In this document: positions 11,078-21,869 of the stretch, piece by piece
Position numbering within the stretch: position 1 is the stretch's first letter
How the letters are laid out: every line of letters starts with the position of its first letter
DNA from: an uncultured bacterium
GTDB taxonomy: Bacteria; Desulfobacterota_D; UBA1144; Nemesobacterales; UBA2774
Reading direction: 5' to 3'
DNA length: 64,000 nucleotides
Assembly (NCBI GenBank): GCA_963825135.1
Contig: CAWGRW010000009.1
Location: forward strand, 2,368,001-2,432,000
The notes under the pieces: model-generated
The model's input: the letters and a program-made list of their open reading frames with translations, nothing else
Database searches by the model: none
Told to the model about the DNA's origin: nothing
Program-made: the position numbers and the translations under genes

Positions 11078-11896
11078 ATGGATTGTAAACTGTTGGCGAG
11101 ACGCATAGCTATTTTATCATTCGCGTTAATCATTTCGACATTAATTTCAAATGCATATGCAACCGCGCAGAACCTTCCCGCGGGGAGCTATAAGGACACG
11201 TGCAGGTCGATAAACGTGCTGGGGGGGACCCTCACCGCTCAGTGTCAGAAGGTGGACGGGAGCTGGAAGAATACGGCCATTCAATATTACGACTGCGAGG
11301 GGGGGATAACGAACGAGAACGGCAACCTCACGTGTAAGCACAATCCCAAGCCCAAACCGGATAAACAGATACCGAAGGGGAGCTACAAGCAGAGCTGCAA
11401 GGATGCCTACGTAGACGGGAAATGGCTCTATGCCAGATGCCAGAAAATGAACGGCAACTATAATAATTCTTCGATCAAGTATGCGGACTGCTACAAAGAC
11501 ATCTGGAATAACAACGGCATACTCACCTGCGGGGGCGGCAGTTCCAGCCTGCCTAAGGGCAGCTACAAGGAAACCTGCAAGGACGCCTATGTAGACGGGA
11601 AATGGCTATATGCCAAGTGCCAGAAAAAGAACGGCAGCTGGTACAGCACGTCTATCAAATATACGGATTGCTATAAAGATATCTCGAACAACAACGGCGA
11701 GCTCACATGCGGCGGGGGCGGATCGAGCCTTCCGAAGGGGAGTTACAAGGAAACCTGCAACAACATTTATGTAGAGGGGAACGTATTGGAAGCCGACTGT
11801 CTCAACAGGAACGGGAAATATTCGCATACGAGCATCAAATATAAGAACTGCGGCAGGGGCATCTGGAATAACAAAGGCCAGCTCGAATGTAATTAA
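11078..11896 (+). CDS. Secreted cyanovirin-N-homology (CVNH)-like repeat protein, 4 repeats
   Basis: Signal peptide; four GSYKxxC...LxAxC...C...IxNxNGxLxC repeats. Confidence 0.8.
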   Translation: MDCKLLARRIAILSFALIISTLISNAYATAQNLPAGSYKDTCRSINVLGGTLTAQCQKVDGSWKNTAIQYYDCEGGITNENGNLTCKHNPKPKPDKQIPKGSYKQSCKDAYVDGKWLYARCQKMNGNYNNSSIKYADCYKDIWNNNGILTCGGGSSSLPKGSYKETCKDAYVDGKWLYAKCQKKNGSWYSTSIKYTDCYKDISNNNGELTCGGGGSSLPKGSYKETCNNIYVEGNVLEADCLNRNGKYSHTSIKYKNCGRGIWNNKGQLECN

Positions 11897-11945
11897 TTCG
11901 TAACATGAATGTATCGGAGCCGGGTTGTTACTGCGGGCCGGTATT

Positions 11946-13289
11946 TTAGGATTCACCGCCTTTTTCCGCCTGCACCAGGTCATGTAGTGAGATCTCGCCT
12001 AACGCGTCGTTAATAGCGTTTTCCATTTTTCCGGATATGACGTCGACTCCGGGCATAGAGAGGTACTTTCTTTCTACAAGGTCAGTTTCGTAATTCGTCC
12101 TCGTGGCGTCGACTATCTCTTTTAAAGTTATTTTTTCGAGCGCTCTCGAGGGGACGAAGCACGGCGTGTCGTCCGCTGTTTCGATAATCAGGTTATGCTG
12201 CGTGAGGTCACTCACCGCTTCCTCGACCGGCTCGTGCGGCAGACGAAGGCGCTCTGTGAGCGATTCCAGGCTCCACCTGTTGAGGTCGTAATAGAAGTTG
12301 TAGCCGATAAGATACATAATGATCAGCGACAGCTTTTCCTTGAGCTTCGTGCTCAGGTTGAACACCTCTTTCCTGAGCGTGAGGAACTTCAGATTCTGAT
12401 GGCAGAACGTGAGCTCCGCCCCGACGAGGACTATAAGCCAGTTGAGATAGAGCCAGATCATGAAGATTACAAGCACTGCGAGGCTCGAATAAATGGCCGC
12501 GTACCTTGTTGAAGATGCGACCGCCGCATGAAAAACCCAGCTGGTGGCGTGCCACGCTATGCCGGCGGCCACTCCTCCGATCACAGCGGACTTAATATGC
12601 ACCTTTGTGTTGGGGATGATAATGTAGATGACCGTGAACACGATAATGACGAATATAAACGGTATGACTTTACCAAAGGCGAAGAATATCGTCCCGAGCG
12701 GCTCTATATCGAGAAGCTTGCCCACAATCGTATTGCTTGAGAGCGTGGCGGTGATGCCGAATGCGGCGAAGAGGAGCACAGGGCCTACTATGAGCGTCGT
12801 TATATAATCGCTCAACCTCCTGGCGATGCTCCTGCCCTTGCGTATCTTCCAGATGATGTTCATGGAATCCTCAATCTTGGTGATTACGGATACGGCGGTG
12901 TAGATGAGCATCACGAGGCCCGCGACTCCGAGGACGCCGAAATTGATCTTCCCTATGAACTCCATGATCCTGTGCGTCACCTCTATCCCCTTCTCCCCGA
13001 GGGGCTCGAGGAAGTTCAGGAGGAAGGGCTCGAGCTGATTATCGACTACTCCGAAGGCTTTTAATATGGAGATAATGAACGCGAGGAGAGGGACCAGGGA
13101 GAGGAGGGTAGTGTAGACCAGGCTCATCGCCCTTAAAGCTAACTCGTTTTCTCTGTATTCCCTGAGGGTTACATACCCTAATCTAACAATATATATTAAG
13201 TACGAGTTTCTCTTGTTGAGTGAGTCCGTGTCTATGCGCCAGAGCTGGCGTGAGAAGAAATAGTTAATTTTTTTGACCAGTTCCGACAT
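11946..13289 (-). CDS. YihY/BrkB family inner membrane protein with C-terminal winged-helix-like domain
   Basis: ALRAMSLVYTTLLSLVPLLA, IYSSLAVLVIFMIWLYLNWLIVLVGAEL; soluble C-terminal tail. Confidence 0.9.
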   Translation of the reverse strand: MSELVKKINYFFSRQLWRIDTDSLNKRNSYLIYIVRLGYVTLREYRENELALRAMSLVYTTLLSLVPLLAFIISILKAFGVVDNQLEPFLLNFLEPLGEKGIEVTHRIMEFIGKINFGVLGVAGLVMLIYTAVSVITKIEDSMNIIWKIRKGRSIARRLSDYITTLIVGPVLLFAAFGITATLSSNTIVGKLLDIEPLGTIFFAFGKVIPFIFVIIVFTVIYIIIPNTKVHIKSAVIGGVAAGIAWHATSWVFHAAVASSTRYAAIYSSLAVLVIFMIWLYLNWLIVLVGAELTFCHQNLKFLTLRKEVFNLSTKLKEKLSLIIMYLIGYNFYYDLNRWSLESLTERLRLPHEPVEEAVSDLTQHNLIIETADDTPCFVPSRALEKITLKEIVDATRTNYETDLVERKYLSMPGVDVISGKMENAINDALGEISLHDLVQAEKGGES

Positions 13290-13334
13290 ATGTTTCTACC
13301 ATTACTATAACATCATTTTACACCCGATATTTTC

Positions 13335-14261
13335 CTAATCCAGCTCAAAACAGATTTTCTTGAAGCTGCAATACTCGCATATTTTGTCGTTAGGGGTCCT
13401 TCCGAAATCGGTCATGACGGCGATGTTCTCATCGGGGTCGGCAAGCAGGCCCTTCATTCCCTCGATACTCCTGTTTATATACTCTACGGCGTCGTTCAAT
13501 TCATGGGCGCTGAATCTATGAATTGCGGGTCCGTCGCCGAGCAGGTTGTATTCTGTCAGGGAGATTTGATCCGGGGCTACATCGAGCTCTTCGAATGCGA
13601 ATATCGTGTACACCTGGAATTGTAGCTTGTCCGACTCTCCGGCGCCCGTTTTCCAATCGACTATTTTAACCCCATCCCCGGTTTCATACGCCAGGTCCAG
13701 TTTAACGAACACCTTCTCAGGGTTAAACGAAAAAGCGGAGGCGGTCATGCTCTCTATGGATATTATTTTCTCTTTCGGCAGTTTCTTTATTTCCTCCACG
13801 ACGTCGGACCCGAAAAAGCTCTCCAGGCACAGTATCGCTTCGTCATAGTTTTTTTTCCAGATTTCATCCGGCATTAAGGTCTTATACTCGTGTTCGAAGA
13901 GCGCAAGCACGTTCTTGAGGCTGCCGTCCTTCTGCCAGTAGAGGCCGTCCCGCGAGAATTTGAAATCGTTCCTCATCATCTCAGTAACCCTGCTTTTTGA
14001 TTTCGCTATCGGAGTCAAAACGCCCGTGGAGACCAGCTCTTTCAATACCTTTTCGATTTCGTGATGCACGACGGAGCCCTTCCATTGCCACCTGTTCTGA
14101 AGGTTCTTAAGGACATACAGCGTCCTGGTCACCTTGTCCGGATGATTTTTGTCCCATCCCCCCCAGGAGCCGTAGTAATTGTAGTAGTACTTGCGCCTGC
14201 ACTCCCGAAAGAGTGCGTCCCTCGATACCGACCAGCTGAATTCATTTTTCAGGTCGCCCAT
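13335..14261 (-). CDS. PD-(D/E)XK nuclease, Cas4/AddB-like with probable Fe-S cluster
   Basis: FRECRRKYYY, GSVVH, KLDL, IVDWKTG, QFQVY, C-terminal CEYCSFKKIC. Confidence 0.85.
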   Translation of the reverse strand: MGDLKNEFSWSVSRDALFRECRRKYYYNYYGSWGGWDKNHPDKVTRTLYVLKNLQNRWQWKGSVVHHEIEKVLKELVSTGVLTPIAKSKSRVTEMMRNDFKFSRDGLYWQKDGSLKNVLALFEHEYKTLMPDEIWKKNYDEAILCLESFFGSDVVEEIKKLPKEKIISIESMTASAFSFNPEKVFVKLDLAYETGDGVKIVDWKTGAGESDKLQFQVYTIFAFEELDVAPDQISLTEYNLLGDGPAIHRFSAHELNDAVEYINRSIEGMKGLLADPDENIAVMTDFGRTPNDKICEYCSFKKICFELD

Positions 14262-14273
14262 TCGGTCTCCCTC

Positions 14274-14876
14274 TCACGTGAGCGTGAGGTCCATTATCAG
14301 CAGACTATGAGGCTCGGTGCGTATGTCCCGGGTTTCATGTCTATCGGAGAATGCGAATCCGAACTTCCGATAGAGCCCGATCGCCGGTTCGTTATCCCCG
14401 TCCACCTCGAGTATCACGTTCCTACAGTTCTTGCTTCTTGCGGTCTCTATGATGCGACTCAGCAGGAGGGAGCCTATGCCCTTCCCCCTGTGTCTCTCGT
14501 CGACCGCGAGCACGCTTATATAGAATTCGTCGTCTTCTATGCCGGGAGTGAATCCCCCGTGCAGCAGTCTCGCCATAAGGGTCAGGTAGCTCAGGAACTC
14601 GCCCATCCTTAGCGAGACGAGCAGTCTCAGCAAAGTTGCGAGCTCATTTTCTCCGGTCCCCCTGTAACCTATCGCGAGGCCCGTTATTTCATGCCCTGAA
14701 CGCGATATGAGAATGTTCTCGTGACCGAGGAAATTGTTCCCGGCTCTGATGAGGTCCATGACCATTGCGCGCGACTTCCGGGGATCGGTCTCGCCGTCAT
14801 CGGTCCTGGCGTTAACTATCAGATCGGCGACCCTTCCTATATCATGCGCTTCTAAATCGAATTTTGTAATCTCCAT
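14274..14876 (-). CDS. GNAT N-acetyltransferase
   Basis: YISVLAVDERHRGKGIGSLLL; NEPAIGLYRKFGF. Confidence 0.9.
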   Translation of the reverse strand: MEITKFDLEAHDIGRVADLIVNARTDDGETDPRKSRAMVMDLIRAGNNFLGHENILISRSGHEITGLAIGYRGTGENELATLLRLLVSLRMGEFLSYLTLMARLLHGGFTPGIEDDEFYISVLAVDERHRGKGIGSLLLSRIIETARSKNCRNVILEVDGDNEPAIGLYRKFGFAFSDRHETRDIRTEPHSLLIMDLTLT

Positions 14877-14965
14877 ACAATTTGGCCGGTTATGATAATA
14901 TTTGTTTTTGCCGCATTCACTCTAGGTTATAATAATTCCACTTAGGTTTCAAAGTCAGGAGTATT

Positions 14966-15259
14966 ATGGCCGGGATAAAGATCAGGGAGCTCGAATCCGG
15001 AGGGGACCTCTTCGAATTCGATGTGGAGGTCGTGGAAAGCGGGCGCAGCACGAGGCACAGGGTCGTGGTCGGAAGAATGGACTACGAAAAGCTCACGGAA
15101 GGACGCGCAACCCCTCTTGAGCTTGTAGAAAAGTCATTCGAGTTCCTGCTTGAAAGGGAGCCCGGGGAATCCATAATGAAAAGTTTTAATCTGAGCGTTA
15201 TCTCAAATTATTTTAAGGACTATACGAGCTCTATGAAAGATTATTTCAAACGGGACTGA
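14966..15259 (+). CDS. Conserved hypothetical protein
   Basis: AGGAG SD; SFEFLLEREP..SI...FNLSVIS.YF motif; function unknown. Confidence 0.75.
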   Translation: MAGIKIRELESGGDLFEFDVEVVESGRSTRHRVVVGRMDYEKLTEGRATPLELVEKSFEFLLEREPGESIMKSFNLSVISNYFKDYTSSMKDYFKRD

Positions 15260-15291
15260 CAAATTTCATAAAGGAGACTTAAACACACAAA

Positions 15292-16641
15292 ATGGGCAGG
15301 TTCTTCACTCTACTATTTCTTATACTAATCATCGGCGGCGCGATATACATCTATCCTCAGATCGAGTGGCATGCGCCCGAGATAAATATCAAGCTTGATT
15401 CCAACGACGTGGGCATGAAGCCCTTTGACGTAGAGGTGAGCGACAAGGGTACGGGGTTGAAGAACGTCTCTGTGCTCCTTGTTAATAGCGACGGTGAAAC
15501 CGTGCTCCTCAACAGGGAATATCCCGGCGGAGTAAAGGGAGACAGGATCAATATCAATATAGACGCGAAGAAGCTCGGCATCAAAAACGGCCCGGCGGAG
15601 CTCCGTGTTGCGGCTGTGGACAACTCGCGCCTCAGGTTCTTCTCCGGGAACAGGACGGTCGTCATTAAAAACATCAACCTCGACCTCGTCCCGCCCGCTG
15701 TCGACCTCCTCAGCACCGAGAACTACATCAACCACGGGGGCTCTGCCCTCGTTATATACAAGACCTCGCCCGACGTTGTGAAGAGCGGAGTCACAATAGG
15801 CGGCTATTTCTTTCCCGGATATAAGGGCAATTTCGCCGAAGACGATGTATATCTCGTATTCTTCGCGTACCCGTACAACGTCCCTCCGGGTGAGAGTATC
15901 GCGCTCATAGCGGAGGACGGGGCCGGGAACAAGAAGAGCGTTAACGTCCCTTTCACACTTAAAGATGTCGCGTACAGGAAAAGCAATCTCAACATTAGCA
16001 ACGACTTTATTCAGAACGTGATCATACCGCTCTCCGGTGAGAGCGGGGAGACCGATTACAAGAAAATATTCCTCACGGTGAACAGCGACCTCAGGAAAAA
16101 GAACGACGCGCAGATAAAAGAGGTGAGCACGCATTCAAAGGACGAAATACTTTGGAACGGACCGTTTCACCAGCTCTCCAATTCGCAGGTGGAGGCGAAT
16201 TTCGCCGACGAGAGGACGTATATATTCAACAATGAGCCGATCGACAAGCAGTACCATCTCGGATACGACCTCGCCGTAACCAAGAGGTATCCGGTAGAGG
16301 CGGCCAACAACGGTATAGTCGTATACGCGGGCGAGCTGGGCATCTACGGCAACACGGTGATAATAGACCACGGGATGGGAGTAAATACCCTCTACGGTCA
16401 TATGAGCACTATCGACGTGAAGGTCGGGGACAAGATTAAGACTAATCAGATATTAGGCAAAACCGGACAGACCGGCCTCGCGGCGGGGGATCACCTCCAT
16501 TACGGCGTTTATGTGAACGGTGTCGCCGTACGCCCCGTAGAATGGTGGGACGACAAGTGGATTAAAGACAACGTGATCTTGAAGATCGACCAGGCCAGGG
16601 CCGAATTCGGGACCAAGGGCTCCGATAAGCCCCGGAATTAA
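15292..16641 (+). CDS. M23 family metallopeptidase, membrane anchored
   Basis: N-terminal TM; HLGYD, YGNTVIIDHG, LYGHMS, GDHLHY. Confidence 0.92.
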   Translation: MGRFFTLLFLILIIGGAIYIYPQIEWHAPEINIKLDSNDVGMKPFDVEVSDKGTGLKNVSVLLVNSDGETVLLNREYPGGVKGDRININIDAKKLGIKNGPAELRVAAVDNSRLRFFSGNRTVVIKNINLDLVPPAVDLLSTENYINHGGSALVIYKTSPDVVKSGVTIGGYFFPGYKGNFAEDDVYLVFFAYPYNVPPGESIALIAEDGAGNKKSVNVPFTLKDVAYRKSNLNISNDFIQNVIIPLSGESGETDYKKIFLTVNSDLRKKNDAQIKEVSTHSKDEILWNGPFHQLSNSQVEANFADERTYIFNNEPIDKQYHLGYDLAVTKRYPVEAANNGIVVYAGELGIYGNTVIIDHGMGVNTLYGHMSTIDVKVGDKIKTNQILGKTGQTGLAAGDHLHYGVYVNGVAVRPVEWWDDKWIKDNVILKIDQARAEFGTKGSDKPRN

Positions 16642-16657
16642 CCCGGAGAGTTAAGGA

Positions 16658-17404
16658 TTGATAATATACGGCAGAAACCCCGTTAAGGAACTACTCTCCG
16701 ATCCTGATTCCAGGGTAGAAGAAATCCTCATCTTAAAAGACGGCAGGAAGGAGGGTTCGTCCGAAATTTTTTCGCTCGCTAAGGAGAGGGGAATAAAAGT
16801 GCTCCTCCTTCCTAAAGACGCCATTTCCAGGGTCTCCGGTACGACGGCGCATCAGGGCGTGGCGGCCCGTATATCCGAGTTCGAATACTCTACAGTCGAA
16901 AGCATTCTCGGACTCGCGGAGGGTAGGGGGGAGAAGCTCCTCCTCGTGATACTCGACCATATAGAGGACCCTCAGAACCTGGGCGCGATAGTCAGGACCG
17001 TGAACGTCTTAGGCGCGCACGGCGTCGTCATACCCAAGGACAGGGCCGCGTCCGTCACCCCGGCCGTGGTCAAGGCCTCTTCAGGAGCTGTGAACCACGT
17101 CCTTATCGCCATGGTCGTCAACCTCTCGACCGTTATCGATGTGCTCAAGAAGAAGGGGGTCTGGATGGTGGGGGCCGATCCCTCGGCGCCCGTGCCTGTC
17201 TTCAACGAGGACCTCGGAAAAGTAGATATCGCACTCATAATAGGGAATGAAGGCAAGGGGTTAGGTCAGAAAGTTAAAGAACAATGCGACTTCCTCGTAT
17301 CCATCCCTCAGTCAGGAAAAGTGACTTCGCTGAACGCCTCCGTCTCCGCGGGGATACTCCTCTACGAGATTCTAAGGCAGAGAGGGAGTCTCAAATCACA
17401 ATAA
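16658..17404 (+). CDS. rlmB: 23S rRNA (Gm2251) methyltransferase
   Basis: IYGRNPV, HQGVAA, DPQNLGAIVRT, GNEGKG, SLNASVSAG. Confidence 0.95.
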   Translation: MIIYGRNPVKELLSDPDSRVEEILILKDGRKEGSSEIFSLAKERGIKVLLLPKDAISRVSGTTAHQGVAARISEFEYSTVESILGLAEGRGEKLLLVILDHIEDPQNLGAIVRTVNVLGAHGVVIPKDRAASVTPAVVKASSGAVNHVLIAMVVNLSTVIDVLKKKGVWMVGADPSAPVPVFNEDLGKVDIALIIGNEGKGLGQKVKEQCDFLVSIPQSGKVTSLNASVSAGILLYEILRQRGSLKSQ

Positions 17405-17423
17405 ACAGCATCCGGACCCCAAC

Positions 17424-17451
17424 GGCGGACTTTTAATTTCCGCCCTTATTT
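17424..17451 (+). terminator. Probable intrinsic terminator after rlmB
   Basis: GGCGGA-N9-TCCGCC followed by CTTATTT. Confidence 0.5.
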
Positions 17452-17492
17452 CCCTCCCCCTTCTGTAAAAGGGGGAGGGTTCGGGTGGGGGT
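17447..17492. repeat. REP-like palindrome, family A
   Basis: TATTTCCCTCCCCCTT-ctgtaa-AAGGGGGAGGG-TTCGGGTGGGGGT; near copy at 25914-25954. Confidence 0.75.
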
Positions 17493-17584
17493 TTACCTTA
17501 ATCTTTCTGCCATTCCCGAGTACGATTGTAAGCGTGCACACAAAATAGAAGCAAACCGAAGGCAGCGGGCAAATCTTTATCGAT

Positions 17585-19615
<2,031 letters not shown>

Positions 19616-19652
19616 CTACAATAAGTCGCAGTGATCGAAATAACAGAAAGGG

Positions 19653-19734
19653 AAAATCCCCCTGAATCCCCCTTTACAAAGGGGGAAAATGCTTTTAATT
19701 CCCTCCTTAGAAAAAGGAGGGTTAGGGAGGATTT
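19653..19734. repeat. Inverted doublet of REP-like palindromes (REPIN-like), family B
   Basis: AAAATCCCCCTGAATCCCCCTTTACAAAGGGGGA and an inverted relative TCCCTCCTTAGAAAAAGGAGGGTTAGGGAGGATTTT; 23-nt identity with 25812-25834. Confidence 0.75.
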
Positions 19735-19759
19735 TTCTTTTTTTCATTTTCGTCAATCT

Positions 19760-19873
19760 GTCATCCTGAACTACGTTTCTGAGCATGCGCAAGAAACGGA
19801 CGCCATTGGCTGAATCCAACAACGTAGATATTCCCCGCCTATTCGTTTACCAACCCAAAAAATTCAGGATCTC
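19760..19873. repeat. REP-like GTCATCCTGAA...TTCAGGATCTC element with a structured insert in its loop
   Basis: ATCCTGAA 19763-70 pairs with TTCAGGAT 19863-70; inner CTACGTT..AACGTAG and CGTTTCT..AGAAACG. Confidence 0.55.
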
Positions 19874-19925
19874 GTATTTTTTTCTTTTCATTGTGAATCA
19901 CGAAGTGCCGGTTAAGCTTGCTCCT

Positions 19926-21647
19926 CTACAGCCTCATCTCCTTTAGCCTCTCCTTTAATTCCTTATACGGAAGCGCGTTCAACACGTCCTTTTTCTCCAC
20001 CCAGCCCCTTCGGGCCGTGCCCACGCCGTACTTCATGAATAAGAGCTGGTCGGTGCTGTGGGCGTCCGTCGAAATTATTATCTTTACGCCAGCGTCGACC
20101 GCCTTTCTCGCGTTGAGATCATTCAGGTCGAGCCTCGGGTAAGAGCCGTTCACTTCGAGCGCCTTTCCGTACTCGAGCGCCGCCTCTATCACGAGGTCTA
20201 TGTCCACGTCGTACGGGTCCCTTTCACCCAGGAGTCTTCCGGTGGGATGACCTATTGCATGGACGTAAGAGTTCTTTACCGCCCTTATGATACGGTTCGT
20301 CATGGTCTCCCTGTCCATCTTAAACCCGCTGTGTACGGACGCGATAACGACGTCGAGCTCCTTAAGCACGTTATCCGGGTAATCGAGCGTCCCGTCGCTC
20401 TTTATATCGACTTCTGTCCCCATGAGGATTTTGATGTTCTTGAACTTTTTAGCTGCCGACTCGAGCTCCTTCTGCTTCGCCCTCAGTCTCTCGATCGATA
20501 GACCGTTCGCGATTGTTTGAGACGGCGAGTGGTCCGTTATAGCGATGTACTCGTATCCGAGCCTGCGGGCGCTTTCGGCCATCTCCTCGATCGTCGCCTT
20601 GCCGTCGCTCCATTTCGTATGGGTGTGCAGGTCGCCTCTTATATCGCCCTGCTCGATGAGGTCCGGCAGTTCTCCGTCAAACGCAGCCTCGATCTCGCCC
20701 CTGTCCTCTCTCAACTCAGGGGGTATGTAGGGCAGGCCGAGCGTCTTGTACATCTCCTTCTCGGTCTCGCCCGCTATCCTCTTCTCGCCTTTATACACGC
20801 CGTACTCGTTTATCTTGAGGCCCTTTTTCGTCGCGAGCGTTCTCAGCTTTACGTTGTGCGCCTTAGACCCTGTGAAGTACAGGAGTGCTGCGCCGTAGGA
20901 CTCAGGCCCCACGACCCGGAGGTCCGCCTGCATCCCTTCCTTAAGTATCACGCTCCCCTTCGTGCCTCCTGACGCGAGCACATCCTTTACGAACTTCATT
21001 CCCGTGAATGCGTCCACCACGGCCTCCGTGTTGTCGGAGATCGTAAGGATATCCATATCCCTCACCGTCTCCCTCATCCTCCTTATCGAGCCCGCGAGTA
21101 TCGTCCCCTCCGTCCCCGGTATCTTCGCGATCTCCCGTACGACCCCTTCCGCGAGAGGCACGGCCACACCGAGGAGCGTCCTCTCCTTACTCTCCTTGAA
21201 TATCTCGATGCCTCTCTTCATGTCGTCGATCTTTTTCTTCCCCATCCCCCTGAACTTCAGTATTTCTTCCCCGCTTAACGCCTTCTCGAGACCGGCGAGA
21301 TTCCTGACGTTGAGCTCCTTGAAGAGGAGCGAGAGCGTCTTCGGCCCGAGGCCCTGTATATGCAGGAGATCGACGAGGGCGAGGGGAACCTGTTCCTTGA
21401 GCTTCTCATACTCTTTGATCTTGCCGGTCTTGATATACATATCTATCTTCTCGGCAAGGTCCTTTCCGACCCCCGGTATCTCCGTAAGCTCGTCTCGGGC
21501 GGCTACGTCCTCTATGTCTTCCCCGAGCTCTCGTATATTCTCCGCGGCATTTTTATACGCCCTGATCTTGAAAGGGTTCTCCCCGAGCACGTTTAGCATG
21601 TCCGACATGTGCTCGAATATTTCCGCTATATCGTTATTTTTGCTCAT
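19926..21647 (-). CDS. polX: DNA polymerase X with C-terminal PHP domain
   Basis: AGSIRRMRETVRDMDIL, QADLR, YFTGSKAHN; PHP motifs DLHTHT, TDHS, HPTGR, TDAH. Confidence 0.96.
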   Translation of the reverse strand: MSKNNDIAEIFEHMSDMLNVLGENPFKIRAYKNAAENIRELGEDIEDVAARDELTEIPGVGKDLAEKIDMYIKTGKIKEYEKLKEQVPLALVDLLHIQGLGPKTLSLLFKELNVRNLAGLEKALSGEEILKFRGMGKKKIDDMKRGIEIFKESKERTLLGVAVPLAEGVVREIAKIPGTEGTILAGSIRRMRETVRDMDILTISDNTEAVVDAFTGMKFVKDVLASGGTKGSVILKEGMQADLRVVGPESYGAALLYFTGSKAHNVKLRTLATKKGLKINEYGVYKGEKRIAGETEKEMYKTLGLPYIPPELREDRGEIEAAFDGELPDLIEQGDIRGDLHTHTKWSDGKATIEEMAESARRLGYEYIAITDHSPSQTIANGLSIERLRAKQKELESAAKKFKNIKILMGTEVDIKSDGTLDYPDNVLKELDVVIASVHSGFKMDRETMTNRIIRAVKNSYVHAIGHPTGRLLGERDPYDVDIDLVIEAALEYGKALEVNGSYPRLDLNDLNARKAVDAGVKIIISTDAHSTDQLLFMKYGVGTARRGWVEKKDVLNALPYKELKERLKEMRL

Positions 21648-21869
21648 TTCTCTTCAATTATACATTCGGGTCGCTGATGAATAATAACATTATCGGGGTG
21701 CGATTTTTAGCGTGCATCAATGACTGAATAGAGCACGGAACACCCTGGATCGGGAAGCATGGATCTGAGATTAATTCAATGTATATTCGGTTCCGTAAAT
21801 CGGTTCTGAGGTTAAGGGATTGGGAAGCCTTCGAGGTTTGATGGAATTTCTCTCGGGGCAGCCTCTCGA

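Noticed and set aside
13335..14261. CRISPR-Cas locus suggested by the Cas4-like nuclease
   Set aside because: No repeat-spacer array or other cas genes seen
19616..19822. Short ORFs on both strands between ligA and polX (also 25475-25888)
   Set aside because: Translations of palindromic repeats (NPPFSKEG, PLCKGG), not proteins
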